From a bacterium (GTDB taxonomy: Bacteria > SM23-31), in contig OZ252239.1 of assembly GCA_965249485.1 (NCBI GenBank), positions 1,664,001 to 1,728,000 on the forward strand: a stretch of 64,000 nucleotides of DNA, given 5' to 3'. Made by a program: the position numbers and the translations under genes. Below are positions 20,017 to 31,539 of this stretch, piece after piece. The notes under the pieces were generated by a model. It was not told where the DNA came from. It made no database searches and saw nothing but the letters and a program-made list of their open reading frames with translations. How positions within the stretch are numbered: position 1 is the stretch's first letter; each line of letters begins with the position of its first letter.

Positions 20017-20529
20017 GTGCTTCGGGAAGAGGCTACCGCGGAAGAGTTCGCATTACTGGAGAAGCACAGAACAGAATGTGAAACCTGCAATTTCACTTTA
20101 GACTGGGACAGAAATATTACTTCAACATTATTGAGCGCTCCTCTTGAAGAACCCCGGAAAAATATTGCCTTAGCCGTAAATAAACAGCTTACAAAGCACA
20201 ATATTTCAGCCATACAGATTTTCAATCGCATATATGCCGCCGTAATCTGTGCCGTAGTGTATGCGCTTATTTATTGGTATGAAATCTGGACAAATGCACT
20301 GCAATATGCGAAGGGATGGACACTCAATTATGCACACTATACAGTAAACAGCGTTAACAAATTCATTAGTCCAGTTTTGGAAATAATTCCAACCAAAGTA
20401 ATCAGCTCATTCTCTCCTGCTTACAATGCGTTGTTCTTTTTGGTTATCCTCGGTGGTATTATATTGTTTATATCTTATTTTTTTATCCCGGAAGAGCCGC
20501 ATTATTCGATTAAACAGCATTCAAGATAA
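20017..20529 (+). CDS. Putative membrane anti-sigma factor (zf-HC2); true start probably ~19970
   Basis: HxxxCxxC (HRTECETC), TM helices, follows the ECF gene. Confidence 0.7.
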   Translation: MLREEATAEEFALLEKHRTECETCNFTLDWDRNITSTLLSAPLEEPRKNIALAVNKQLTKHNISAIQIFNRIYAAVICAVVYALIYWYEIWTNALQYAKGWTLNYAHYTVNSVNKFISPVLEIIPTKVISSFSPAYNALFFLVILGGIILFISYFFIPEEPHYSIKQHSR

Positions 20530-20659
20530 TTACTCTCTTTCAACGTCACTGCTGCAGTCCTTCATTTCCCTCTATTACTGATAAACGTGCATTTCTCAAT
20601 TACGTTTCAAACCTTCCAATAACAAGCACAACAATCGATGAATTCTGCGCTTTCAGGAG

Positions 20660-21068
20660 TTATCTCTTGTGCCCGCACTGGTAACAATATCCTTTATGAA
20701 CACAAATAGTGCCGTCACAATTGGGGCAGGCCCATCTCTTTTTTTCATTATCTAAAAAAATGTATCACACCAAATTTTTTAATATTTTCAAGATTCTCAA
20801 TCATGCTCATATTATATTTGGTTCGATATCTTTTATCCAAATGTTTTAGATTTTTGCACGGGTATTCATCACATTCAAAACAAAACGTTATAGTACCGTT
20901 CTGCAAGGTCGAACATGTTTTGATTTTGCATCGCAAAACAGTGACAGGTTTATTGATATCGGATTCTCTGCAACCGGGGCATTTATTCTTTTCTCTCAGG
21001 TAAGCAGAGCAAATACCACAATTCATACCGCATGCAGCGATACGTGCTATTTCATTGAATGATTCCAT
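20660..21068 (-). pseudogene. DUF3795-like Cys-rich protein, +1 frameshift in a T7 run (~20757)
   Basis: ACGMNCGIC, CPGC, CFECDEYPC; continues RWACPNCDGTICVHKGYCYQC in the shifted frame. Confidence 0.75.
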
Positions 21069-21463
21069 TATTTTTTAACGCTACTCCGACGGTAATGCTC
21101 ATTGCGGGGATTGCTAAATATCGTAATCCTATTTTGTGTAAAATAATCCGGAACAGACATCCCGGACATAGGAATTAATACCAACAAATCCAATAGAATG
21201 TTTACACTGAGCCATGTTAATCCGACAATGATTCCTTCTTTACTATAATCCGCATTGATTTTCTTGAAATAAGAAATCAAAAGAAATGCTGCAGAAAAAG
21301 AACCAACGACAATCATAATAGACTTGAATAGAAATACATCAATTGTTAATCCCCCCTCCCGCGTATAAAAAAAGAATGCCGTTACAAAAGGTATAAGCCA
21401 TGCCAGGAAGCCATACAGAACAATCTTAAGATATTTTTTCACCATAAGATTTTCACTTTCCAT
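21068..21463 (-). CDS. Small membrane protein, probable +1 frameshift ~21133
   Basis: TM helices; shifted frame gives QIGLRYLAIPAMSITVGVAL. Confidence 0.65.
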   Translation of the reverse strand: MESENLMVKKYLKIVLYGFLAWLIPFVTAFFFYTREGGLTIDVFLFKSIMIVVGSFSAAFLLISYFKKINADYSKEGIIVGLTWLSVNILLDLLVLIPMSGMSVPDYFTQNRITIFSNPRNEHYRRSSVKK

Positions 21464-21776
21464 GTTTCATGAACAATTCGACAGCTTTATGTAAGGTTAC
21501 ACATTTTCTTGTTCCCGCACTTCAAAATTTTTTTGTATGGATTAATCAGCGGTATTTATCTTTGTACCTGCTTGATTGCTTAAAAAGTAACGGGAAAATT
21601 AGTTTTGTTGTTACTATACCGAATCCAATTACGCAAATCTTTTTTACAAATTGTATCAAGCGGTTGAATACATTCAAACATTTTTTCAAATGATCATGAA
21701 TCATAACTTCACAATTATAAAATGGTATTCTGGATTCTCTATATGTCCTTAAAGCATTTGTACCCGGATTATTCTA

Positions 21777-22616
21777 TCAACTTCCAGTTCTTCTAAAGGG
21801 TGTTTTAATTCTTTCTTCAATCCAATTGCGGTTTATCTTTATTCCGTATTGATCGTGTCGCATTATTGTACCCTTAAAATCATACGTTAATGCTTCCTTG
21901 TAGTACTGTAAAGCAATTTCTCTGTTGCCATTTAAATCTTCCAGATGCCCCATCCAAATTAAAGCTACTATAAGATTGGTATTGGATGGATTAATTTCAG
22001 GTAAAGATTCGAAAACCTCGAACGATTCTTCATAATATGCTCCGTCAAATAAAATCAATCCTAATTTGAGCACCAGATTTATTGCCATATTTTGAGGTCT
22101 TAATCTTTTCACTGTTTGATAGGCTATTAAGGCGTCTTCTCCGGCACCCGTCCACGGTAGTTCATATATAGTTTGCATGTATTCGTCAGGCGGAAGGATA
22201 GTTATTTCTTCGTAGCGCGCTTTCTCTAAACGTTCTTTGAAATCTTCAGGGGGCGGACCATAACCGGATATTCGGTTTTTTTCAGTACCGTCTGCATTTG
22301 CTATAAGAACGGTAGGCGTGCTAAACACATAATAATCTTTGTGTAGTTTTCTACCGGTATCTTCATTTAACGATGCGTGATAGGAAATGTAATTTTCAGT
22401 TAGATAGGGGTGAAATTTTTTGTTATCAAAGAATTGCTCTCCGAGCAATATACATCCTCCTCAACCATCGGAGAAAAAATCGATAAGAATAAGCTTGTCC
22501 TCTTTCTGCGCCTGTGCTTTAGCTTCTTCGAATGAACCTTGAAACCAGACCGACTCCTGACCATATACAACGTGTGCACATAGAAGCATTACTATGAAGG
22601 CTACAGTACGTTTCAT
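21777..22616 (-). CDS. Secreted thioredoxin-fold/TPR protein, probable selenoprotein (U52xxC55), 279 aa
   Basis: AAGGAG RBS; signal peptide; KLILIDFFSDG-TGA-GGC in frame with ORF 21777-22448; cis-Pro loop STPT. Confidence 0.85.
22433..22449 (-). promoter_or_regulatory. Putative bacterial SECIS hairpin
   Basis: ATTGCTC-GGA-GAGCAAT starting 11 nt after the TGA (22461-22463). Confidence 0.7.
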
Positions 22617-22890
22617 ATCAAACTCCTTTTTATAGCTATTCGATTATTTCCCCATATGCTGCGTCCACCGTATTTAAATAAACTCATACAATGCATAATC
22701 CTTAAATGGCATTATGTATACCTGAATAATATAGTAATATCTGATAATCCACAAGAATTATTGCTACTTAGGCGTGTAATACAGGAGTTTGTCTGTCGGA
22801 CTTCCAGCCGTCCAAAAGTATGCGATACAATCAATGAATTCTGTTACGAACAGGCACTGGATTAGTTCATGATTTTCGTCGAAGGAGTTA

Positions 22891-24533
22891 CTACTGGTTT
22901 AATGCTGCTCGGTATCTTCTAAGTTTATTTTGGAAATCCGGATAGACATATCCATAGTTTTCTTCAGATAAATCGATAGCTTTCCCTAATAATTCAATTG
23001 ACCGCTCAATTTCACCGTTCTTGAATGCCAGGTCGGCATAGACCCCGACTATAAATGGTTCTTTGTGAACTGAAAAGTCAATGACTTCAGCAGCCCATGT
23101 AAGTGCTTCCTGTATTTGTGCGTCAAAATTATTGCATGCAAACATTAGAGTTTTTATGACCTGGTACTTTTCGGAACCGCTGTTAAATAATTCATCAATC
23201 AATAATTCACCTTCTTCTGTATTGCCTGCTTTAATTTTAAGTATGGCTATTTCTGCTTTGCGAAACATAGAAATATTTTCATAACTCTCAGACATTAACT
23301 CCTTGTAACCATCGTTTTCCTCAGCATCAAACCATTTATCATATACTTCAAAAGCTTTTGTAAAATCTCCATTTTTGGCAAGTAAATATCCATGAGCTCC
23401 CCAAATATTAGAATTGTTTCCTCCTGAAAGCTTTACTCCTTTTTCTGTCCATCTGAGGGCATCTCCTATGCCCACATTATTGTAGAATGATGTATATCCG
23501 TTAATGGCAAGAAGATTGACAGAAATTTCTATTTTATCTTCCGGGCCTAATTCTTTATTATTGATAGTATCAATAAAATTAATATGTTTACTATAGTCTA
23601 ATATATTTTGATTGATTTCATCCATGTATTTTTTTCCATTGACGGCATCTCCCTTCTTATAGTAGCTGGTCGAAATCAGAAAGCGGGCTATCTCCGTATC
23701 TCCCCATTCCCCGCTCAGTGAAATATAGGATAAATCTTTCCGAATTTGTTTGAGGTAAAATAGCGCGTCATCGTATTCGTCATTTTTAAACTTTAATTCA
23801 CCCAGCCTGCCAAGCGCTATATCAATTTTCTGAGTGAATACCTTCTCATTGATGCCTCTTTCAAGGATTTCGATTGCTTTGTCACTCTGACCTATCTTGC
23901 TGTAACTCTTCCCTAGGTTAAAATAAACAACTTCACGTTTCACAGGATCGTCGAATACGTCAACAAGTTTTTCCAATACAGGAATTACAATCTTATAGTC
24001 ATTGGCATCCACTAATATTTTAGCGTATTGATATGCAGTCTCACTATTGTCCGGATCAGCCTTATACCGGTCGGTAAGACTCAAAAAAGAGGATTCCACA
24101 GAAACACTTTCTTTTAACTTTTTTAAATATGAATCTGCGGAATCATATCCGACAATTTTATCGATAACTGTGCCTTCATTTTTAATAAGCACCATTGTAG
24201 GAATTGCCATTATATTATACTTATTGGATAATTCCCTATTTAAATCCCCACTCCAAACCAGTAGGGGATAAAGTTGTCTTCGACAAACTCAATGACGTTT
24301 TTATCGGGAAACACATCACGCTGGAGCCGTTTACAGGGCGGACAAAATGCACCGGTAAAATAGAGCATGCCAGATTTGTTTTCTGATTTGATTGCAGTCA
24401 ATATTTTGTCAAGACTCTCAGCATCGTGGTTGAAGGCGATAGTGGGAGTTTCCTGAGCAACTGTAGTATTTGGAATGAACAGAATCTGGAGTTGACAAAT
24501 AAAAAGTAGAAACAAACATTTCATCCATTTCAT
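22891..24533 (-). pseudogene. Secreted thioredoxin (CPPC) plus TPR protein, frameshift ~24256
   Basis: YFTGAFCPPC...FIPYW joins WSGDLNRELSNKYNIMAIPT with one extra base; TPR repeats follow. Confidence 0.75.
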
Positions 24534-24574
24534 AGTGTACTCTTTCGTTTTTATGAGAATGTATGACAGAAAAT

Positions 24575-26227
24575 TTAATTATCAATCATAATTTTCTTAC
24601 TCGACGTGACTTTATTTTGGTCTGACACGTCCGAAACGGTTACCGATAGTGTATAGGGGCCATTTCTAAGGCTGCTCATATCGAATAGAATTGCTTCCTT
24701 TATGGTGTTGCTATCTGTAATCCGGGTATCGGTTCGACCTATGGAGTATTTATTTCTTCGTGTCAGGAAATCGAAGAACTTGCTAACAAGTTTTTCCCGG
24801 CTCTCATCCCAGTCGACTGATATTTCCAGTGTATATTCTTTTGAACTGCCGTCATCAACAATATTATACACTTCGAAATAGAGTAGCACCGGTTCCGATT
24901 TATGTATTTCAGGAAACGGATAGGGTGCAGCATAAAAACCGCCTTTGACGGAAGAAGGCAATACGATTCTCTGGTCAGTCGTCGTCACTTCCTTGAAAAG
25001 TTGGATGTCACTTATCATCAATTCCGTTCTTTGAAAACTTCTGATATCGACAATATTCTTGGAGTAACCGAGATGTCCTGTTGTGTTATTCTTGATCTGG
25101 AGTGTTAATTCTCCGAGTAACGGCGGTGCTATAAGCGTAATCGCATTGACTGCGTAGTCCAATCCCTCACGTGCCGCAGATTGTAGAGGAAATGAGCGTT
25201 GAGATGATGATCCGATAACAGGATTATAATCAATATCTCGTAACAATTCACTATACTGTATACTGAGTGTATCAGTAGATGTCGAGCTGACATCGCCGTG
25301 AATATCTTCGATTGGCACAAGATACGATGTTTCAATTCTTGTAGATCCTCCCGGACCTCTGAATTGGGACACATCGTCAATAAAATGGAGACTCCTTTCT
25401 TCAGGTTCAGGGTCTTCTATTGAGAGTGGAGCATTAACTTTTGCAATAGCTTCTCTGCCCTGCGTGATTGACATTCCTTTTATCAATGCTGCATCAAAAC
25501 CTAATCTACCATCATCTATATCACTCTGTACATCAACATAGAGTCCGGTTAAGTGAGAGGTATAAAAAAACATTTTATTAAGATAATTCCACCACATCAA
25601 ACGTTTTCCAGAAGCTCTTTTGTTTGCAAGTTGGCCGGGATACCTCACTTGTTCAAATGTCGACATCTCCTTCTCAAAATAGATTACGAAGTCATTTACT
25701 ATATGTTCATACGACCACATTTCAATGGCATTTTCAGTAACATATTCTTGACCGAACGGATCACCCCCCCTTTCAGGTCTTGTTTCTCCTCTTCGACCAT
25801 ACTTTGATTTCGGTTCACCGTATTTGAGGTAATATCCTCCCCGATCGTCAAAATAGGGTGGGCGATCATGCGAAAAATACTTTTTGGTGTAGTTCTGACG
25901 TTCAATAAAACTTTTCAGCCACCAGTTTTCAGCATCGAGTGGATTGGGATTTTCTCTGTTCCAGTAAAGCCCGATATATTCTTTCATTGCATCTATTGAC
26001 TGAAGTGATTTATAATATTCAATTTGAAATTCATTGAGGAGTGTGAGGAACGGGTATTCAAAATCATGAATAAAAGATGTGCTGTCTGCGTCGGCAAGTA
26101 CATTGAAGTAGTCTGATACGGACGCTATCGAATCAGGATATGTTTCTTGAGCATACAGGCGCAGGTTTGCAAAAACAGCGATCAGGAGAAGGGCAAAAAA
26201 TACTATCAAATTCTTTGGAAGCATCAT
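24575..26227 (-). CDS. GWxTD-domain secreted protein
   Basis: YWNRENPNP, FDDRGGYYLKYGEP, EMWSY, LMISDIQL, LYFEVYN. Confidence 0.75.
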   Translation of the reverse strand: MMLPKNLIVFFALLLIAVFANLRLYAQETYPDSIASVSDYFNVLADADSTSFIHDFEYPFLTLLNEFQIEYYKSLQSIDAMKEYIGLYWNRENPNPLDAENWWLKSFIERQNYTKKYFSHDRPPYFDDRGGYYLKYGEPKSKYGRRGETRPERGGDPFGQEYVTENAIEMWSYEHIVNDFVIYFEKEMSTFEQVRYPGQLANKRASGKRLMWWNYLNKMFFYTSHLTGLYVDVQSDIDDGRLGFDAALIKGMSITQGREAIAKVNAPLSIEDPEPEERSLHFIDDVSQFRGPGGSTRIETSYLVPIEDIHGDVSSTSTDTLSIQYSELLRDIDYNPVIGSSSQRSFPLQSAAREGLDYAVNAITLIAPPLLGELTLQIKNNTTGHLGYSKNIVDIRSFQRTELMISDIQLFKEVTTTDQRIVLPSSVKGGFYAAPYPFPEIHKSEPVLLYFEVYNIVDDGSSKEYTLEISVDWDESREKLVSKFFDFLTRRNKYSIGRTDTRITDSNTIKEAILFDMSSLRNGPYTLSVTVSDVSDQNKVTSSKKIMIDN

Positions 26228-26509
26228 AGCTTACTCGCGAATTGATATTACTTACTATACAAAACACAATGATTTTTATTTCAAATTATTTTTTTATTGG
26301 CTATAGAGGATTTGAGCATATCATTGATAGTAAGTTTTATAATATGTACTCATTTCTATCAAGTAATTAAATATTCCGGCAGGATAAAATATATGACTTT
26401 TTACGGAGCGTGTGTTACGTTGTGTGATCTATTGAGCACAATATAGTAATTAATAGTAAAGAGATTCCTTCTTAAAAATAATCAATTCAATTATATGTCT
26501 CCTCTATTA

Positions 26510-26531
26510 TGTATTAATACTAAATAATACA
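26510..26531. promoter_or_regulatory. Likely GntR/YtrA operator
   Basis: TGTATTA-N8-TAATACA; related inverted repeat at ~26624-26661. Confidence 0.55.
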
Positions 26532-26679
26532 ATATCCAAAAACAATAATTTCTTAGTATATATTTAACTCATTATATAATAATGAGATACAACTATTTTT
26601 AAAAGATGCAATAATTTTCTTGCATTAATACAAAACACAATTTATATTGTTATGTATTAATACATAGAGGAATATATCA

Positions 26680-27042
26680 ATGATTAAAATAAATTTTAAT
26701 TCTCCTGATCCAATATATAAGCAACTTGTGCATGAAATAAAAAATCTCATTGAATCGAATGAGCTTAAGGAGGGAGATTCATTACCAACTATTCGAAGTC
26801 TTGCTTCTCAGATTGACATCGCTATAAATACTGTTGCGAGAGCATATAAAGAACTTGAAGGTCTAAATCTTATTGAAAGCAACGGCCGAAGGGGCAGTTA
26901 TGTGAAGAGAAAACACTTGAATAACACAGGAGATGATGTGAAAATATTTAAAAAATCTATCCTTGAACTGCTTCAAAAAGGGAACGATAAGAAGGATATT
27001 GAGCAAATATTCAGGGATAATTTAAACTACTTTTTTGAATAG
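26680..27042 (+). CDS. GntR (YtrA subfamily) regulator
   Basis: PIYKQL, LPTIRSLA, NTVARAYKELE. Confidence 0.92.
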   Translation: MIKINFNSPDPIYKQLVHEIKNLIESNELKEGDSLPTIRSLASQIDIAINTVARAYKELEGLNLIESNGRRGSYVKRKHLNNTGDDVKIFKKSILELLQKGNDKKDIEQIFRDNLNYFFE

Positions 27043-27050
27043 GTGGAATA

Positions 27051-27887
27051 ATGAATGAATTCATCGCACAGAACAAAGATTTCATTTTCTTCGCAATGAG
27101 AATGAATTTTACCGTTGTGATAGCTTATCTTGTAACTGTTTTTTATGAGGTCAGTTTAAAGAGATTGGAGAAAAAAGGGTATTCATCAGAGTTAGCACAC
27201 ATTACCAGAAAATTCTGGACGAAAGGGGGTTACAAACTTTTTATTGTTTTCATGAGCTTACAAATCTTCTGGACGGTGCTTCTAAGTATGTATGTAAATC
27301 AGTCGTTGTATGATATCTATTTAAGATATACAGTTTTCCTTTCTCTTGCACCTGCCTATTCTGTGTACAGTCTCACAAAAAAAAAATTTCATAAACAGGC
27401 GAAGGAAATCATGTTGCGTACAAATACAGAGGTAATAGTAGACTTCAATTATGAAACCTTGAAATATGTACTCAACTGGAAACTGGAACTAGCTTCTACT
27501 ATAATATTTGTATATTACGCATGTTTTTATTTTAATTTTCATACGATTTTTTTCCTCATGGCATTTGTATTTTGGCTCGTTTATTTCATTACAAAAAAGG
27601 GCAAATATTATACAAAGGCATCTTTTAACGATATCTACACAAGAAACACGCTTGCACTCATCGCATTACATATATACAGATTAATCTTTTTTGGAGCACA
27701 ATACAAAGAAATGGTAATTTCAGATAATTATTTTTGGTATGAAGTAATACTGTTTGCTCTGTCTCTGGGTGTTATTATGACGCACTTAATTGTTTCAATA
27801 AGAAATTATCCAAGACTTAAAGAAAGGTTAAACGATATCTATGATGATAAAACGAATAACTCTATTGTAACTATTGAAAAAGCATAG
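27051..27887 (+). CDS. Hypothetical multi-pass membrane protein
   Basis: 278-aa ORF 8 bp after GntR; several TM segments. Confidence 0.75.
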   Translation: MNEFIAQNKDFIFFAMRMNFTVVIAYLVTVFYEVSLKRLEKKGYSSELAHITRKFWTKGGYKLFIVFMSLQIFWTVLLSMYVNQSLYDIYLRYTVFLSLAPAYSVYSLTKKKFHKQAKEIMLRTNTEVIVDFNYETLKYVLNWKLELASTIIFVYYACFYFNFHTIFFLMAFVFWLVYFITKKGKYYTKASFNDIYTRNTLALIALHIYRLIFFGAQYKEMVISDNYFWYEVILFALSLGVIMTHLIVSIRNYPRLKERLNDIYDDKTNNSIVTIEKA

Positions 27888-27964
27888 TTCGTCTTAATAT
27901 GTAATTGAAGATTTTAAATCGGATTGTGTGCAGCGATTTTTGTGGGTATCAGCACAATTAAGCT

Positions 27965-28267
27965 TTAAATCGTATCATGTGTTTTCAATGTAACAGAATC
28001 TGCTATCATCCCGTATGTACATTGAGTGCCTTTCATTTTTTTGTGAGTACCGGTAACCATTGCATACTTGTTCTTATATGGTTTATAGAATAATTCATCT
28101 ATACACATTTGGAAATCGGGACATTCCGGTGTAACGACAACACATATCTTATCCTCAACATTTCTCAATAAGAAATGCCTGAAATCTACATCATCAATAA
28201 TAACACCAAGCTCGAATGAGGATATTACTTCACCTTCAACGTTTATCATGCTCTTTTCAGTTTCCAT
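27965..28267 (-). CDS. Hypothetical protein, paralogue of 29223-29504
   Basis: Shared ISSFELG.IIDDVDFRHF and CVVVTPECPDFQMCIDE. Confidence 0.7.
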   Translation of the reverse strand: METEKSMINVEGEVISSFELGVIIDDVDFRHFLLRNVEDKICVVVTPECPDFQMCIDELFYKPYKNKYAMVTGTHKKMKGTQCTYGMIADSVTLKTHDTI

Positions 28268-28469
28268 ACATGAAATTCCCGATATTTCTTATTCGTATCA
28301 TTTCTTCTTCGGACAGAGGTCCGGTGGTCAGGGTAGTCATTGCTCACATTGACGGGATACGCATGTGTTGTTTCTGTCATTGTCAAATCCCCCATGTTAG
28401 GTTGCAATGAATTACCTGGTTTTAATATCAAAAATAACTATGGCAATTACAAGATTAATATCCGGTCTC

Positions 28470-29005
28470 AAATGTTTTTTCCGCAGCCATAAGCCGCCTA
28501 TCCCGACCCAGATCAAGCTTTAGGATGCCGGAACAGAGCAAAACCAGGAACCGGGAGTCTGTGCAGATCAGGCACAGAGACAGTCACCTGCAAATACCGG
28601 TGCTGCTGATGCAATTACCGTGGTTAGATTAATATCGGACGGATTTACCTATCCTGCGGTAACTTCCGTTATCAAGGTAAGTGTTAATGCGCTTCCAACG
28701 ACGGTAGACGATGAGCCTGTTATTCCCGATGAATTTAATCTCAGGCAAAATTATCCTAATCCATTCAATCCGGAGACGAAGATAGAGTATGTTGTTCCAA
28801 CGACAACGAGCGTTAACATAACCATATACAATCTTCTCGGCAGGAAGTCAGAACGCTTGTGAACACCAGGTAAGCGGGCGGGTCTTATGACGTAATCTGG
28901 AACGGAAGAGACAATTCCGGACGTCAGGTCAGTTCCGGAATATATATTTATCGGTTCAAAGCTGATCAATTTATTGAATCAAAACGAATGGTATTAATTC
29001 GTTAA
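28470..29005 (+). pseudogene. Fragment: spondin-like domain plus FlgD/T9SS-like C-terminal domain
   Basis: DAGTEQNQEPG..DQAQRQ..ANTG; QNYPNPFNPET; WNGRDNSGRQVSSGIYIYR; frameshifts, no start. Confidence 0.7.
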
Positions 29006-29030
29006 ATTATCTGTGACATACTCATACCTC

Positions 29031-29071
29031 AAAAGTGGGACATCATCTGATGTATTGATGTTCCACTTTTT
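29031..29071 (+). terminator. Intrinsic terminator, possibly bidirectional
   Basis: AAAAGTGGGACATCA...TGATGTTCCACTTTTT. Confidence 0.65.
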
Positions 29072-29222
29072 ATAAGCAATTGAAAAGTAAACGTCACTAT
29101 TGTGATTCGTCATACTAAAGTTTTATGATACATCAACTAATATCTTCTTGAAGATTGGTATAGGGGATTTACTCTTAATAATTATTTTGATTATGAGGAT
29201 TGAGAGGAGAAATGGTCATGAA

Positions 29223-29504
29223 TTATAATGATTTGGTTTCAATACTCACGGAATCTGCCAATATGCCGGAAGTACACGTAACGCTCTTGAAATTTTTCTC
29301 TGAACCGGTAACTATTGCGTATTTGTTGATATATGGTTTATAGAATATTTCATCTATACACATTTGAAAATCGGGACATTCCGGTGTAACCACAACACAA
29401 ATTGTATCCTCACCATTCTTCAGAAAGAAATGTCTGAAATCAACGTCATCGATAATTATGCCAAGTTCGAATGAGGATATTATTTTACCTTCTACATTTA
29501 TCAT
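29223..29504 (-). CDS. Hypothetical protein, paralogue of 27965-28267
   Basis: High amino-acid similarity with many synonymous differences. Confidence 0.7.
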   Translation of the reverse strand: MINVEGKIISSFELGIIIDDVDFRHFFLKNGEDTICVVVTPECPDFQMCIDEIFYKPYINKYAIVTGSEKNFKSVTCTSGILADSVSIETKSL

Positions 29505-29536
29505 ACATCGACCTTACAATATCCATTTTCACTGTA

Positions 29537-30148
29537 TTAAACAGGTTTCATTGAACTGCCAAAAAGTGCAAAGAAAATACCCATAATAATACCCTGGATT
29601 ATCCAACCAATAACACAGACACCGATAGTCCTAAATGTTCCGGAATAATCAAGAGCCTGCCGAACAGCAACCACCATTGCTGCCAACATCCACGTTGAAG
29701 CTACAAAAAATACAATTTCTGTTAAGCCCGGAATAATTCCAAAAACGCGAATCAAGCCCGGAGCACTTGAAAAACCAATAGTCCGGAGTAATTCACCGGG
29801 ATCAGCCTTAGTCTGAGGTTCAGGAAGCAATTTTGTCCCGATAAAATACGTAAGATATGCCCATACATACCAACCAATTAGAGCAGAAATAGTTCCTGAA
29901 ATAATTCCTCCGAATCCTGTCGTTGAAATAGAACCTATTCCGGCCGCAATGCTTGACAGGATGACAACCTTCATCGCCTGGCCCATTGCCCCCTTGTCGG
30001 CTTCGACCTCTTCATATAGATTGATGTCTAATTTAGCAGCACGCAATATTCTATTCATAAAATCAGTTATTATAACACTCCAATGTATGTCGTCAAACCA
30101 TTCGGGTAGTTGAAGTTTAAAATTAAGAGATATTTTTAGTTTTTCCAA
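29537..30148 (-). CDS. YIP1-like membrane protein; real start ~30060-30075
   Basis: RAAKLDINLYEEVEAD, LLRTIGFSSAPG, VVAVRQALDY. Confidence 0.75.
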   Translation of the reverse strand: MEKLKISLNFKLQLPEWFDDIHWSVIITDFMNRILRAAKLDINLYEEVEADKGAMGQAMKVVILSSIAAGIGSISTTGFGGIISGTISALIGWYVWAYLTYFIGTKLLPEPQTKADPGELLRTIGFSSAPGLIRVFGIIPGLTEIVFFVASTWMLAAMVVAVRQALDYSGTFRTIGVCVIGWIIQGIIMGIFFALFGSSMKPV

Positions 30149-30444
30149 GCGTTAATTATGTAATCTCTTTCGTAAGCCGTCTTTCCGGACAACTCTCCAC
30201 CAACACATACGTAAATAACATTTCAAACTTCATCTATCGATAAATGATGGTGTTCAATGATATGGAATTAGGAAAGAGAGCAAAGGTGAGATTTTATTTA
30301 TGTGAAGGTTCTATGGGTTATTCGATGTGCGAACCGTTTTCTTTACTATCTCAAAAGAATTTCCGATAATCAGCTTCCTTGTGGTCTTTCATTTCTCGCC
30401 CTATTTCCCATAATTCACACTAGTCATAGTATATGGTATTGAAT

Positions 30445-30630
30445 GTAGTATCTATTCTGAAACAGTCACATACACCTTTTTGCAGTGCAAATTATTGCAC
30501 TATTATTCACAATCACATTAAAGGAAAAATGGTAAACTATTGTTTATTTATAAGTTACGATGTTGTAAAATCCCGATTTTTACTGGAATAGATTTTGCTC
30601 TAAAATAATTAATTACCTGAAGTTGGATAT
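30445..30630 (+). promoter_or_regulatory. Sigma54 promoter plus enhancer module, copy 1
   Basis: GTGCAA-ATTA-TTGCAC (30485-30500); TGGAATAGATTTTGCT (30584-30599), GG-N10-GC. Confidence 0.75.
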
Positions 30631-30648
30631 GTGTCCTAGGGGATTAAC

Positions 30649-31410
30649 ATGAACGTACGATCAATTCGAATTTTAATTTGTATTATCATGCTATTTGGTA
30701 TTTTTCTCTCTTCGTCTCTCGCACAGGATAAAATTTTTTCTATCAGCTTCAATAAAGAATTTGTGCATTATCAATTAAATGATTTTAAAAATCTTCTTAA
30801 TGATCCAAGTACTACGAATTTCAATTGGAGATTTCGTTCATTCAATATAGATAAATCAGCCGAGAGTGTTGGAATTAATGTTTAGTATAATTTTAGCAAG
30901 AAAATAGCAGTTTCACTAAATGTCATTGAAGAGATGAACGTATCAGCAATTAGTGAAAGTTCTCATCATGACGGGCAGCTTTCTAGACAAGATATCGGGT
31001 TTTTTACAGTTAAAGGAGATGAAAGCTGGAATTTTTCATTGACATCAATTGACCTAACAGTGCGTTATTACTTCTTTGACCGGAAAAGATTTTCTCCATA
31101 TATAGGAATTGGTCCTTCATTCAATATTAAAAAATTGAGTGAATCTGGAATATATGAACTTTTTGATAAATCTGAAACCGAAGAGATAAAGGATTTGGGG
31201 TTAGGTTTCAATGCTATACTAGGGTTTCAATTTGATATTTTTATGTCATTATTTATAGATTCACGTGTAAAAGCACGATATACTGATAATCTAAAACAAT
31301 TCGACCAATTCGCCCCCGGTAATATATCATTCCCTCTTCGTTATGTATCAAAAAATGGCATTGATTATTCAAGTTTTAACTATACTTTCGGATTAGGTGT
31401 GCGTTTGTAA
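30649..31410 (+). pseudogene. Outer-membrane beta-barrel (OmpW-like) with in-frame TAG at 30883
   Basis: Signal peptide; FSPYIGIG; C-terminal YTFGLGVRL; the two ORFs are in one frame. Confidence 0.75.
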
Positions 31411-31539
31411 CAATCACCTATCCCCTCCGACCTTTATCTCACAGCACTTCAGCTTCATCCTGCCTTTTTGTATACTGTGCAGTAAAATCATGTATGAGAA
31501 CGCGATACTGAATAAAAATCATAGTATATGATATTGAAA

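Noticed and set aside
21450..21780. Possible gene remnant with two TGAs (YR*LIHTKKF*SAG) on the minus strand
   Set aside because: Family not recognisable and no start; cannot be supported without a search
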